DNA from: Felis catus
Lineage: Eukaryota
Assembly (NCBI RefSeq): GCF_018350175.1
Contig: NC_058383.1
Coordinates: 28,832,001 to 28,896,000 of the forward strand
DNA: 64,000 nucleotides
Direction of reading: 5' to 3'
In this document: positions 34,637 through 46,659 of the stretch, piece after piece
How positions within the stretch are numbered: position 1 is the stretch's first letter
Layout of the letters: every line of letters starts with the position of its first letter
The notes under the pieces: model-generated
Databases searched by the model: none
What the model was told of the DNA's origin: nothing
What the model saw: the letters and a program-made list of their open reading frames with translations, nothing else
Program-made: the position numbers and the translations under genes

Positions 34637-36050
34637 CGAAAGCGTGGGCGTCAAAGCCGGGGGAGGAGCTGGGCTCTGGAAGAGAGCCTTCGCCGGGTGC
34701 CCCCGGCTCAGTCTTAGTTCACATATCAGCCAACCGTCCCGGCCCAAGAACGGGCTCTGGGGTCTGACTGCCTCCATTCAAGATCACGGCTCTACTCCTC
34801 ATTGTGACCTCGAGCACGTTAATCCGAGCTGGGGAACCTGCTGTGCTGCTGCTCCATAGGATTGTGTTCAGTGAATAAACGTAAGCCGTCTGAAACCGCG
34901 AAAACAGTCTAGCCCCACTGATGATTTAGAAATCATCAGTAACACTTGCTGCTCGGCGTACAGCAGGCACTCACTGATGGGCCAAGAGTCCTGGGAGTAA
35001 ACATCGACGAGGTACCGTCCAGTCCCTACTAAGGACAGGTACCCCGGCGCAAGGCTCGTGACCTAGGGGCTCTCTCTATCCTGAGATTTGGAAATATCAT
35101 TTACATACACCGGACTCCACCATACCTTAACCGAAACGCAGTTTTACAAAACTAGTGGTGAAGCGAAGAGCCACCTCACAGAACAAGAACTGTTGCGACG
35201 GCATCGCAAGGGGATTCTGGGACCAAGAATTAAAAGCCACCATAATAAGCCACACCTGGCAGGGGGCAAACGCTGTCCATACCTCTCCAGGTGAGGCCTC
35301 TTTAGCGGGTACCAAGGAGGCAATCAATGTGGATGAAGTGGAAGTTGTCTTTGCCTTGAAAAGACTCTCCCGTGAAAGGGCTTCCTGCCTACTTTCTCCC
35401 AAGGTAGCCAAACAGCTACTGCCTCTCCCTGCATTTTCACTGAATCCTCCCAGCCCTCAAGGAGGTGGTGGTCATTTCCACTTTACAGCTCAACGTGGAG
35501 CTCCCAGAGAGCCTAGGTAACTTGCTCAAGGTCACACAGCTAGTTCGAGAAGCCAAGTCTGACCCCCATGACACTTTAGAAGTCCTTGGTCCTTTCTCAC
35601 CTGTATAAATTAGCCACTTCTCATTAAGGAAGACCCACCCACTGCAGACAAACAGGATGGGCCCTGGAACTCCTACCCAAATAAAAGCCCTCTTTTCAAT
35701 AGTGAGAGGATTAGAAAACGCTTTTTATATAATTCCCGAAGAAACTTCCCAATTTTTTCCCCACGATGTTCCTTCCAAAGTGCGTGCATTTTTTGAAGCG
35801 TTTGTTTTCCCGGAACCAGTTCAAGCTGCGACGGCCCTCGTGGCTAGGCGTGCTCACGGGGTCACTGACACCTTAGCCAGTCCTTCTCATTACCAGCGTG
35901 TCCCTTACTCCCCAGCTGTCCCCTGTACCGCTCTGGCAGTTTTCCCGCCTCTTTAAAAACCGTGTGATGTGTTAGCTGCAGTTTCCTGACAGAGCTTTCA
36001 TGTTCGCCAGTAAAAACCAAAGAAATCAAAACATCTGTTTGAGAAGCCTC

Positions 36051-36056
36051 TTTATT
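36051..36056 (-). terminator. RRN3 distal polyadenylation signal AATAAA
   Basis: TTTATT on +; downstream on minus is T/GT-rich (gatgttttgatttctttggttttt); a second candidate lies at 36698-36703. Confidence 0.6.
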
Positions 36057-37790
36057 GGGGTACCTCCCTTTACTCCATTACTGGTATAAGAACAAAACAT
36101 CCAGATTAACCATATCATTGTTCTATGTTCACAATGTTTTTTTCCTCAAACTCTTCTGACATTAAGCAGACTGACTTGTAAAGATACCCTTCTACACTAA
36201 AACTTCTCAACCCACAAAGGCCCACTCCACTTACCGTTAATTTCTATGGACACATTTCATGGACCCGTTTCATCCAGGTCACAAAAATCCCACCCACCCC
36301 CCCGTTTAGCCAGCAGTTAAAAAACCAGAGAACCTAAAGGTTCTCCGATGACTGTCCACCAAGTCACCAAAAGAAAATCACCAATATCCAAAACTTTTTA
36401 AACCAATAAAAATTTGTTTTCCAAAAGCGTATTTACTCTACATCACCATCATAATTATACAAGAGCATACAAAGCCCTAGGAAAGAGAAAGTATTTCATT
36501 ACAAAATATTTGCGATCGAGAAAATATTGGTTGCTTTTAAATAATAGGAAAAGTGGCAGAAAAATAAATATGTTTAGAGATGTCCATTTTCACAAGTAAC
36601 ACAAAAGTATACACACAAGGAATGAAGCTAAAATACGTGTGAGCCACAGAATGAGCCCAGCTGTGCGCTCACACACACGTGCTACGAAGTGAGGGTGTTT
36701 ATTAGACTCCTCTCTCTCAGTGTTTAGTTATAAAAGTACAAAAAGAGTCTTCCCCAAGGAGGATTTCACCGAGCTGAACTCCATGATACATCAGCTGGCA
36801 AACGGAGGCTGCAGCTATAACCTTGGCTGTTGTCGCTAGCAAAACCATTCCACCAAAGAACCCAGGCTCCTCTCCCCTGCTCCATCAGCACAAAGAAACT
36901 CTCAAAATGACCAAACTGATTCTAGTTAAAAACAAAAAACAAAAAAAACAAGTAACATTCCACTACAAGCAAGCATTCCCAGTCCTAACCACCCTCCTGG
37001 GAGCCTCACGGTAAAATCATGTGCTGTGTTTTATAAAAGTCCAACTCCACTCTCAGCGTATGGGAATTTCATTTACCCGGAACTCTGTTGTTCTTTTAAC
37101 TCCATTCTTCCACTCACGAGCGTATGACTTGTCTGCTTCCGCTTCCCTAAATCCTGCATGTCTTTCCTCGGGGACTTCCTTGGCCTCTAACAATCCCTGG
37201 AGACCTTCAGTGCCAGCTCCGGCTTGCAGCGTCAGGGACCGGCTCGGGCCACCTTCCCACTTTCCTCCCGCCCCCTCCGCATCCCAATGAAATCCCAACA
37301 CACAAATACAGTTCCAGCTGAGGGTCAACGCTGTACCCAAAGTAAAATCATTTTAAAGATGCGGAATAGTCTCCTAGAGGATTTTTTTCACTGAAAATAA
37401 ACTGGATCAACAAAGTCCTGTGATTATGGCTCAGACCAAACCTATGTGCCATCCCGCTAAAACAGGCCACTGCCCACATCACAAATTTCACAACGATGCC
37501 AGAAAGCTATAGCAGAAATAAAATATACACCCAACACACCAGTCAAGCCTTCAACACTGATCATCAACTCCTTTCTAAAATATTGCACATGATACTCCGT
37601 CTTTTCTTTTGTTTGCACAGGAGCAAAAAACAAAAAGAAAAAAAAAAAAAAACCAAAACAGCACGTCTGTTCAGACACCAGAGTACATCTACCTTGCAAG
37701 TAAGATGCCTGAGGCAGATACTCGCTCTGGTTCAAACAGGATGAGCCCTGGTACCGAAGGGCACCGTGGGGAGAGACGCTGGTCTCAGTC

Positions 37791-37952
37791 TCAATCACAA
37801 ATCCTCGTGGTCACAGGGGACTGGTCTGGCAGGTAGAACACAGGAGGGGAGCCCACGCTGCTTGAGGGACTTCGGAAATTCGGGTCAAAGGAGCTCGGGG
37901 CCACGCCAACTTCACCTTTCAAAAAGTCATCATCTTCATCCTCCACCACCTG
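37791..37952 (-). CDS. RRN3: RRN3 terminal coding exon
   Basis: tacag|QVVEDEDDDFLKGEVGVAPSSFDPNFRSPSSSVGSPPVFYLPDQSPVTTRICD*; tandem acceptor could shift the start to 37949. Confidence 0.9.
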   Translation of the reverse strand, partial: QVVEDEDDDFLKGEVGVAPSSFDPNFRSPSSSVGSPPVFYLPDQSPVTTRICD

Positions 37953-38071
37953 CTGTACAAGGACAAGAGATTACCGGTCAGACCACCAGTGGCGGTGTGC
38001 AAAGCTTTCGAGAATGTCTTTCAGGAATGTGCCGCTTCTGGAAAGATGAAGGTAGAGGAAATAGTTTTTGG

Positions 38072-38201
38072 TTTTTTTTTTTTTTTTTTAAGTAGGCTTC
38101 ACGCCTGCCCAACACCGGGCTTGACCCCACAACCTCAAGATCATGACCCGAGCTGAGATCAAGAGCCAGACACTTAGCCAACTGAGCCACCCAGGTGCCC
38201 C
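38072..38201 (-). mobile_element. Short Can-SINE
   Basis: Poly-T and reverse head gccacccaggtgcccc. Confidence 0.85.
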
Positions 38202-38534
38202 AAGAATGTCTTAATTTTGAAAGTTTACTCCGAGGCACACTTCATCCCCAACTGCCCACACAACTGCTGATCACATGGGACTACTTGTTTCAAGTCCAAT
38301 TTTTTAAATAGATTTTAAGCTCAATGAGGGCAGAGGGCAATGACCTGTCTTTCTCATTCAGTGTCATCCCCCTTGTATCTAACAGTGTAAATGAGTGAAT
38401 TAATGACCACCCCCAAAGCAAAATATAAGGAAAAAAGAGCTATCCAATGATTACTTATGAAAAAAGAGACATAAGTAAATTTGAGATTGGTATTTGGTGG
38501 TAATGACCATGTGATAAAGATCCTAATTTGTTGA

Positions 38535-38757
38535 GGGGCACCTGGGTGGCTCAGTTGGTTCAGCGTCCAACTCCTGGCTTTGGCTCAGGTCATGATCTCA
38601 AGGTTTGTGGGTTCAAGCCCACATTGGGCTCTGTGCCGGCAGTACGGAGGCTGCTTGGAATTCTCTCTCTCCCTCTCTGTCTCCCTCCACTCTTTGTAGT
38701 CTCTCTCCCTCTCTCAGGATAAACTTGAAAATAAAAATAAATAATAAAAAAAAATTG
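38535..38757 (+). mobile_element. Can-SINE
   Basis: TSD taatttgttgag. Confidence 0.9.
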
Positions 38758-38829
38758 TAATTTGTTGAGCTGACTTTTAATTAACCTTCAATTCCCAAAG
38801 TCAGCTTACAAAGTACCTAGTTTTTGGTT

Positions 38830-39270
38830 CTGTTTTTTTAACTTTGTTTATTTTTGAGAGAGAGGAAAACAACACGTGAGAGGGGGAAGAGCAGAGGAGG
38901 GAGGTGGAGAGAGAGAATTCCAAGCAGACTTCGTGCTATAGTGCAGAACCCAATGTGGGGCTCAATCTCACAACCCTGAGATCATGACCGGAGGCAAATT
39001 CAAGAAGTCAGACGCTTGGGGCACCTGGTGACTCTCTGTTGGTTAAGCGTCAGATTCTTGGCTTCAGCTCAGGTCACGATCTCACAGTTTGTGAGCTCGA
39101 GCCCCGAGTCAGGCTCTGCTGACAGCATGGAACCTGCTTGGGATTCTCTCTCTCCTCTCTCTGTGCCTCTTCCCCACTTGTGTGTGCCTTGTCTTTCTCT
39201 CAAAACAAACAAACAAACAAACAAACAAACAAAAGCTGGACACTTAATTGGCTGAGCCACCCAGGTACCC
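38830..39270 (-). mobile_element. Can-SINE interrupted by a nested SINE
   Basis: Body 38830-39017, head resumes 39233-39270. Confidence 0.85.
39018..39232 (+). mobile_element. Can-SINE nested in opposite-strand SINE, (AAAC)n tail
   Basis: ggggcacctgg head; decayed TSD aagtcagacgctt / aagctggacactt. Confidence 0.88.
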
Positions 39271-39465
39271 TGCAAAGTATCTAGTTTAAACAATTCATCA
39301 AAAAAACAAAAACCCTTTTCATAAGAACGTACTGTGAGCTTGGAATTTTGTAAAAGCAAAAGGAACAAAATGCAGTCTTTAAGTGTGACACTGCTAATTA
39401 CTACGTGACTGTCATCCGTGTCCACCAAGGACACTCCCAGCCGGGGTGCCAAGTCACAAGCGTAC

Positions 39466-39553
39466 CTTTCTGACAGGTTTCGTAAACTCTTGAAGCTCCT
39501 CTGCACTCATGTTTTCCCAGATCTGATATATAGGATCAATGAATTTCTTCGAC
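39466..39553 (-). CDS. RRN3: RRN3 coding exon
   Basis: gacag|(R)SKKFIDPIYQIWENMSAEELQEFTKPVRK|gtacgc; phase 2-0. Confidence 0.94.
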
Positions 39554-40511
39554 CTGTCGACAGAGATCACATCTCAAAATCAAGTTCAATGCTGCTCGAC
39601 AGTCAGACATGTCTAGAGCCCTTCTCTCACAGGATCCACTACCCAAAATAAAAACTGTGGTTCAAATAATCACTGTGTCAAAATCCTGCATGTCAGTACT
39701 GTAAATGATGTGGCTCCTTCTTGGTAAGACTTCCCCCCCTTAGATGGAGTATTAAACGAATGTCTCATCTTTTTATCGTCAAGTGAAATTATTCCTCAAC
39801 TATGCAAAGCCTGACAATGAGTTAGAATATGTCCAAATGAAAACAAAGTGATATTCCTCTGAAACTTCATTTTTTGTATATCCCTACAGTAAATCTACTA
39901 AAAATTAGTCTGGGAAAAAAGACCCACCTGGTTTTCAGTCAACCAAGACTCGAGGGACCAGATGACCCTGAATCGTGTTGCTAGTTAGAAACTGTACCGT
40001 AAGCGAAAGTCCTCCTTCCTTATACAAGTGCAAAGTTAAGACTGGCTCGGTGGGTTTTCTGAATTACCCATCCAGATAAATTACATGGCTGTTGATGACC
40101 TTTCCAACAGTGTGGAATGTGGTCTCCAGAGGAAAGAACAAGTCGCTAGGCAGAACATTATGAACCACGAAAGGGCAGCATCCTCCCCATCCAGGCTCTT
40201 CTATCCCCATCCCCTTTTATGTTTAAACCAACAGGTTTAAAGAAAAACAAAAAATAAATCACAAGACCTTTGGTGTCAATCCAGGCTTCTTCCTGAGCTA
40301 AAGATCGGCCCCGCCCAGTGTGCTCAGAGCAGGCCGCAGCGTCTAACGGGTATTCCCTACTCGGGGTCCGTGAAACACGTGCCTGGAGACCGTGAGTTGC
40401 CGATACACAGACACGAATGGCCACTCGATGACCAGGAAACCCCACTTGTGGGAAAAGCCAATAGACACCACACGTAAATTCACCACCGACAGGGGGACTA
40501 AGAGCACCCAC

Positions 40512-40664
40512 CTCTTAAGCACACAAGGATCGAAGGGGAAGAAGGTGTCGAGTGGGTTCGTGCAGGTTCGCACGGAGTCCCCTCCGGCTGTACTTCTAAT
40601 AACTGGGAGCATCTGGCGATTGTTCCTCTCAATGATCGTGTAGCAGAAGACCAGCTGGTATTTA
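40512..40664 (-). CDS. RRN3: RRN3 coding exon
   Basis: ctgcag|KYQLVFCYTIIERNNRQMLPVIRSTAGGDSVRTCTNPLDTFFPFDPCVLK|gtgggt; phase 2-2. Confidence 0.96.
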
Positions 40665-42340
40665 CTGCAGAACCACAAAACCAAAACACAGACGGGCGGC
40701 GTTAACACGGTGGATGGTGGAATGACTGCACGGACGTGCCTGTTGTGTGCGACACCTGTTCTAACCACGCGGATACTGTCAAACGTATTAAGTGCAAGAA
40801 AAGACAACACAAAACAGAAAGCAATGCTTTTAGGGTACAGCTTTCCGGGTCTACTACTTAGAAGCGTGTTAATAATAAGGAGAAAGAAAAGTGTGGCTAT
40901 CACCTTGACAAGGATAGAGCGGGCTGAGATTATTAACAGGCATGACTCACTAAACATGAATGCGTTCGCGGTGGGACTCTTAGAGTCTGCAAAATTACAG
41001 AAGTGGTCTCTTTTTGCCGTTTGTAAGAGAATAAAGGGGTTCAGGATTTACGGACAGGATAGCGGCTGCTGAGAGAGAGACCTGGCTACTGAAGCCATGA
41101 GAACTGTACTGGTTTACCTACAACGTCGCCCCTAAGCTGCTGTTCCCAATTCTGAAAAAACTAACAACTTAAACCCCAACAAAGGATCAACTAAAAAAAA
41201 AATTAATGGAACATTACACAGCAATTAAAATCCAAATGCAATTGTACGGGTCAATGTGTATCTCAAAACCACTAAGCGAAAGCAATGGGCACAGAACGAC
41301 ACAAGAATTCCACCTCTTGCTCTTAGCTCTAGACCTCACATCTCACCCCGAGCAAGCCCCACCCCACGCCGACAGCCTGCTGGACAGTCCACTTGCCAAC
41401 CCAAGCCCTCTAGTCCCAGCCCAGGAATGTTCTCGGCCACCTGCCCCGCTTCACTCAAGTCTGCTGCTTCCCATCTTCCTGCAGTGTGCTGGGACCCTTC
41501 ACCTGCCGAATGCTCTTGCTTGTTGTTTATTCCTTTCCTTGACTCTGTTACCATTTCTGAGATCTCAGGAGAGACACGGTACCTTGAACTTGACGGCCAG
41601 CAAATGAAAATTAAGGTTACCGAGTAAGAGCAGCAAGCGGTCTAAAGGGGACCAAGGGGTGGAATCTTTGCCTAATAGAACAGACTCTTGTGCGTTGAAG
41701 ATTTTAAGCTCTGACCCTACCCTGAGTATCCCGTCGCCAACTCGCTGTGCGCGCCAAGCAGACTAACTCGGGGAGGGCCAGGCTGCCCGCACTCGAATGT
41801 TGGCTCTGACACAGTCGAGCCACTGTGTCTCGCGGGTCATTCCCGCTCTCCGGGCCTCCACCTCCCTGTTCTTAAACAGGGCCTTACCACATCAGTCCCG
41901 GGACTGTGAGGACGCAGCGAGCTCCATGTGAAGGGCTTCCGAGCGTGCGCGAGCCGGAGCCCCAGGCCCGACAGAACAGTCCTGCACCAGCCCGTCTCCT
42001 ACTGTGGCACATCCCTCTCGCGTCCAGTCTATTTTCCTTACTCTAATAAACATCTTTGGTCTGTAACTCTCGGCTTACTGGCTGCCTCACTCGTTTCAAA
42101 GTGCCGAGGCTTCTGCTGAGTTACGGTCTTTGAACAAAAGCAGGAGCAATTTCCATTACCACCAAAGTAAGAACAAAATCCTAACTGCAGCGTTCCCTGT
42201 AAGTACTGCATTACTGGCTTTTACGTGTTTGATGGTCATTAATTTGACTGAATAATTTCACAGAAACTTAATGGAACTTTAAAGTATTAATATAAAGTTG
42301 TTTTTAAATAATTCCCACTAATAAAGTATTAATAACTTAC

Positions 42341-42449
42341 CTTGTGATTGCAGCAAAAAAGTTAACTACCGAAGGCAGACAAATCTTCAGGGGATTTAGC
42401 TGACTCATCACTATACGTTCAAAATTTAGACTCTGAAGGTATGTCAAAC
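42341..42449 (-). CDS. RRN3: RRN3 coding exon
   Basis: tcaaag|(G)LTYLQSLNFERIVMSQLNPLKICLPSVVNFFAAIT|gtaagt; phase 1-2. Confidence 0.95.
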
Positions 42450-42548
42450 CTTTGATTAAAAAACAAAACATTTTTAAAAAGTACAAACATAACAGCCCAA
42501 GTATCTTTAAGCAGAACAGATTTCACACTTTAAAAAAACTTCTCACGA

Positions 42549-42765
42549 GGGGCATCTGGGTGGCTCAGTCGGTTAAGCGACCGACTTCAGGTCAGATCGT
42601 GATCTCGCCGTTTCCGAGTTCAAGCCTCGCATCGGGGTCTCTGCTGACAGCTCAGCAGAGCTGTTTCAGATTCTGTGCCTCCCTCTCTCTCTCTGTCCCT
42701 TCCACACTCGTGCTCTGTCTTGCTCTCTCAAAAATAAATAAACATTAAAAAAAATTTTTTTTTAA
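42549..42765 (+). mobile_element. Can-SINE
   Basis: Head, CT linker, A-tail. Confidence 0.9.
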
Positions 42766-43430
42766 TTTTTCACAGAGCTACTTGCAGAAATGCTTTAAAT
42801 ACAGGTCCATATGGTCATACAACAAAGAGCCTAAGAGAAGGTCACCACGCTTGCTTAGGACTAGGTCACCTCGTCTAAAGAAAACAGGGTATTCTTTCAA
42901 AAACCCAGGAGGTAATCACACATCCCTAGTGGGCTATTAACTTACATGACAATTTGGGATTCAGATACGCATAAGCTCAGCACACGTTGAGTTTACAGAG
43001 AAAAAAACACTGTGATCTGATTTCAGTTAATCGTGAAATTGCTACAAACTGGAGGTAACAAAAGGAGGCTCCGTCCTGAGAGGTTCAGGACCGAACCACC
43101 TGAAACTCCTCCCTCCTGCCATCCCCAGACAGACACACATGCCGATCTGACAACAGCCAGCGGACAGCAGGACCCGCGCGGCTGAAAGCATCAGTGCAGT
43201 GGAGCGTCCCACCCAAGGGGGGACAGCTGCTCGTACTTCAGGTGCTGCGCTGGGTTTTTTACAAGGAAGCCAGGGAGGTAGAGTAAGAATGAGATACCGC
43301 CCTCTGGGAACTAGGAACTATTAATTCTCTCCTATGTCAGTAAGAGAAAGACACCATACTGATTTCAAAAGGCAAGCAAACCCACTTGTACTTAAGTATA
43401 TATTTTTAGGAGATTCTTGGATGGTTTGTT

Positions 43431-43540
43431 TTTAAGGTTTCTTTATTTAAATGACATCTACACCCAGCACAGGACTCAAATTCACGACCCTGAGATCAAG
43501 AGTTGCATGTTCTTCCAGCTGAGCCAGTCAGGCTCTCCCC
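43431..43540 (-). mobile_element. Short Can-SINE
   Basis: cacgaccctgagatcaagagt...ctgagccagtcagg. Confidence 0.75.
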
Positions 43541-43786
43541 ATCTGTGATGTGTATTTTGATAAAAATGACTAAAAATGGGACAATGTCATGGCTTACAAG
43601 AAATACATCCTCTTTACCAAGACTCTTACCATTTATTTATACATAAAAGAAAAAAAAAAAAGACAATACTTAAAACCCTTATCCTACTCCTGGTTTATAC
43701 AACTAATTTTAACCCCCACATCTTTTCAAAAGTGACAGGATATGAGTAAATCCATACAATGCAACACACACAAGTGTCAGTTTAGA

Positions 43787-43958
43787 GCTGTGGTTCTCAA
43801 CTCAAAGCAGCTATGCCCCCAAGAGGACACGTGGCAGGTTCTGGAGGGTTTTAGCTGTCACAACAGAGCAAGGAGGGGATGCTAAGCTTCCTACAAAGGA
43901 CGTAGCCCCTACAGCAAAGGGTTATCCAGCCCCAAATGTCAGAGATTGAGAAAATCTG
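43787..43958. mobile_element. MER20-type DNA transposon fossil
   Basis: gtggttctcaac...gggatgctaa...cctaca...ttatccagccccaaatgtca...ttgagaaa. Confidence 0.7.
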
Positions 43959-44557
43959 GTTTAGAGAAAACGGCCTATTCATCCATTTGAATTTTTCACG
44001 CAAATAAACAAACACATTTAAACTCACTTCACTGGCGTTGTTCTTGTTACACTAACCTAATATACAAGCTTCATCGGGCAGATTTAAACTCTCCACGACT
44101 CTGAGAAATTAGCAAGAGTGCAACCTGGAAGATTAAGGCTGAAGTCCTTAGATAAAGCAGCATAACCGTTACGACCACAAGCTTCAGATTCCTACTCATC
44201 TGGTTTTCACTTCTAACCCTGCCAAACAAAATCCTGCGTGTGCCTAGGTCCCCCGGGACGCCCGCCCTTCGCTGCCAATCAAAGTGACAGGCAGGAAGCA
44301 CTGCTCCAGGCATCACCTCTGAAGAAGAGCCCCTTGGCGGGTCACAATCACTCTAAAAACACGGGTGCACACGCAAACCCATCCACTGTTAAGGAGGGCG
44401 CTTGAAGGGCTTTAGGGGCCCCTAAGGGCTGCTTGAAATTATGGGTACAAGTCTGAGTGCATTCTGACTCCACTGTTTTCATCAAACCCTCCATCCTAAA
44501 GGGCGACTAGCAGTCAAGGAAAAGCCAGTTCACATCCATCAATCCCACGTCACTGAC

Positions 44558-44742
44558 CTTCTTTGAGGTTTCCACTTAAAAGCTGCTTGTGTCTAAAAAC
44601 AAAAGTGTAGAACACAGCTTGGCAGGCTGAATAAAATGGTCCATGGAGAGCAACGTCACAAAAGGCCTTTGTTCCCGAATCCTGGTTATTAAGGTACATG
44701 TGCAGCCAGTTAACCAAAAGATCTAGGCATGATTTTACAGTA
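44558..44742 (-). CDS. RRN3: RRN3 coding exon
   Basis: ctctag|TVKSCLDLLVNWLHMYLNNQDSG...HKQLLSGNLKE|gtcagt; phase 2-1. Confidence 0.96.
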
Positions 44743-45732
44743 CTAGAGAAAAGAAAAATTCGAGTCAACTTCACTTGTTTCATAAAAACACAAGAGTGAC
44801 ATAAAAACACACGAGTGACTTACAAAACAGCACACAACTGGCTCTCACCACAAACTAAGAGAAGTCAATCTATAGGCCTCTTGATCTGTTCCCCAGGGGC
44901 ACAGAGGGGAAGGAAAAGGACGGGCGAGCAGGAAGGCAGCTTTTCAATTACAAGGCAGAGTGCACGGACCTTTGAGGAATGAGAGGCAGGCCCCCAAGGA
45001 TGCCTGAGGTCCCAAGGGATGGACAACCGTTTCTCCTCATCAACTCCGAAGGACTTCTCTGACGGCCACCTGCCCTCTCAGGACAATATGGCCGAGGAAT
45101 AAGCCACGTTTACCAACGTCTTACAAGGGAAAGATGGCCTGGCTGACTCCACCATTCCCTACAGGGTTCTCCTTACAAGGTTCTGATAAAGTTCTATGGC
45201 CTACAATTTAGGACAGAGGGACAGATGGCTTTTAGTTTTGGGAGACGCGTTTTTTTAATAGCATCCTCGCCCAAAGACATCTTCATGGATCACTGGAAGA
45301 AGCAGGCCTAGAGCTGGCCTCCTAAATAGATATTTCTATTACCTTTAAAAGACTTTTTTCTTCAGCTTTAACAGATACAATTGATTCAGAATGCAAATGA
45401 AAAATGACAAACCTATAAAAAGAATTAAAACAGTATACAACACTGTACAACATTCATGAAGACAGATGGATCTTCGTGTTCAAGCGTAACCACGCAAAAC
45501 AAATGACAAAAGCTTTCCATATGAGGTTTTGTATCTAAAGGAGACATTTTATTCTGAAACTGCCTTTTGGAAATGTAAACATCTTGCATAGCGTGGAGAA
45601 ACAGATTTTCTCACTTGAAAGTCAGACCAGAAGAAAAAAAAAACATGAGGCAGGGGTTTCTCTGATTTAAGACAATGTTATAATCTTTTTAAAGCATGGC
45701 ATGAAAAAACACTTGAAAATTAGGTTACTTAC

Positions 45733-45863
45733 ATAAGAGGAATAAATTTAGCTCTTGCCAAAAAGCTTCCAATATAATTTCCAGCAGCTTGCCTGATGAT
45801 GGCAGGATTATTTGGATCCTGCAATTTTTTCCAGAGATGCTCCAAAAATGCTTCTGCAAATCC
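45733..45863 (-). CDS. RRN3: RRN3 coding exon
   Basis: ttatag|GFAEAFLEHLWKKLQDPNNPAIIRQAAGNYIGSFLARAKFIPL|gtaagt; phase 0-2. Confidence 0.96.
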
Positions 45864-45939
45864 CTATAAAAATAGAAGGTATTGCTCTAAACTTTTTTGA
45901 TGTTTAAGAAATTCTGGCTATTGGAATCCTAAGATTTTT

Positions 45940-46165
45940 TTTTTTAATTTTTTTTTCAACGTTTTTTATTTATTTATGGGACAGAGAGAGACAGAGCATG
46001 AACGGGGGGAGGGGCAGAGAGAAAGGGAGACACAGAATCCGAAACAGGCTCCAGGCTCCGAGCCATCAGCCCAGAGCCCGACACGGGGCTCGAACTCACG
46101 GACCGCGAGATCGTGACCTGGCTGAAGTCGGACGCTTAACTGACTGCGCCACCCAGGCGCCCCGT
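45940..46165 (-). mobile_element. Young feline SINEC_Fc
   Basis: Near-consensus with intact CpGs; perfect TSD aatcctaagattttt. Confidence 0.95.
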
Positions 46166-46659
46166 AATCCTAAGATTTTTAACTCACCAGTAGAAGAAAG
46201 TGCTAGTATCTCACACTGCCAGCTAAATAATATATGCAGTTATCATCATTCATATTTGTGCAATACTTGGAGATAATACTATTAAAAACAATGTTCCCCA
46301 GCATTAAACAAGATCCCAAAAGGTGCTGAACATCAAACTCAACTCTCCACACTTCACAGTCTCAGTGACAGGGCTCTGGAGTCCACCTGTTCTAAAAGCT
46401 CCACAAGTGACTCGGATGGTCAGCCAGAAACAGAAACCAGCAATAATCCCCACTCATGTGGGAGCCGTGTGGCAGTACGTTCCAGAGTGTAAAGTATTCT
46501 CCCAGTCTCTGACTGAACATAATGAACTTAGCCAGAAACAGAAACACAGATCAAAGTTCAGTGTTTGACTGATTATGCTAATCACAGAAAAAAGACTAAT
46601 TAAGCTTCTTTTTAACAAAGGACACAATCACCAACTTCTTCCAAACAGCACTTTTCTAT

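Larger units (their letters stand above)
33700..34760. promoter_or_regulatory. CpG island / NTAN1 promoter
   Basis: Very GC- and CpG-dense block over exon 1; GC boxes (GGGGCGGG ~34540), ETS-like GGAAGTG ~34489, no TATA box; edges approximate. Confidence 0.85.

Noticed and set aside
40085..40240. Box C-like TGATGA suggesting an intronic C/D snoRNA
   Set aside because: On the strand opposite the host RRN3, with no terminal stem or well-placed box D
44412..44425. 14-bp palindrome TTAGGGGCCCCTAA
   Set aside because: Short isolated palindrome, expected by chance in 64 kb
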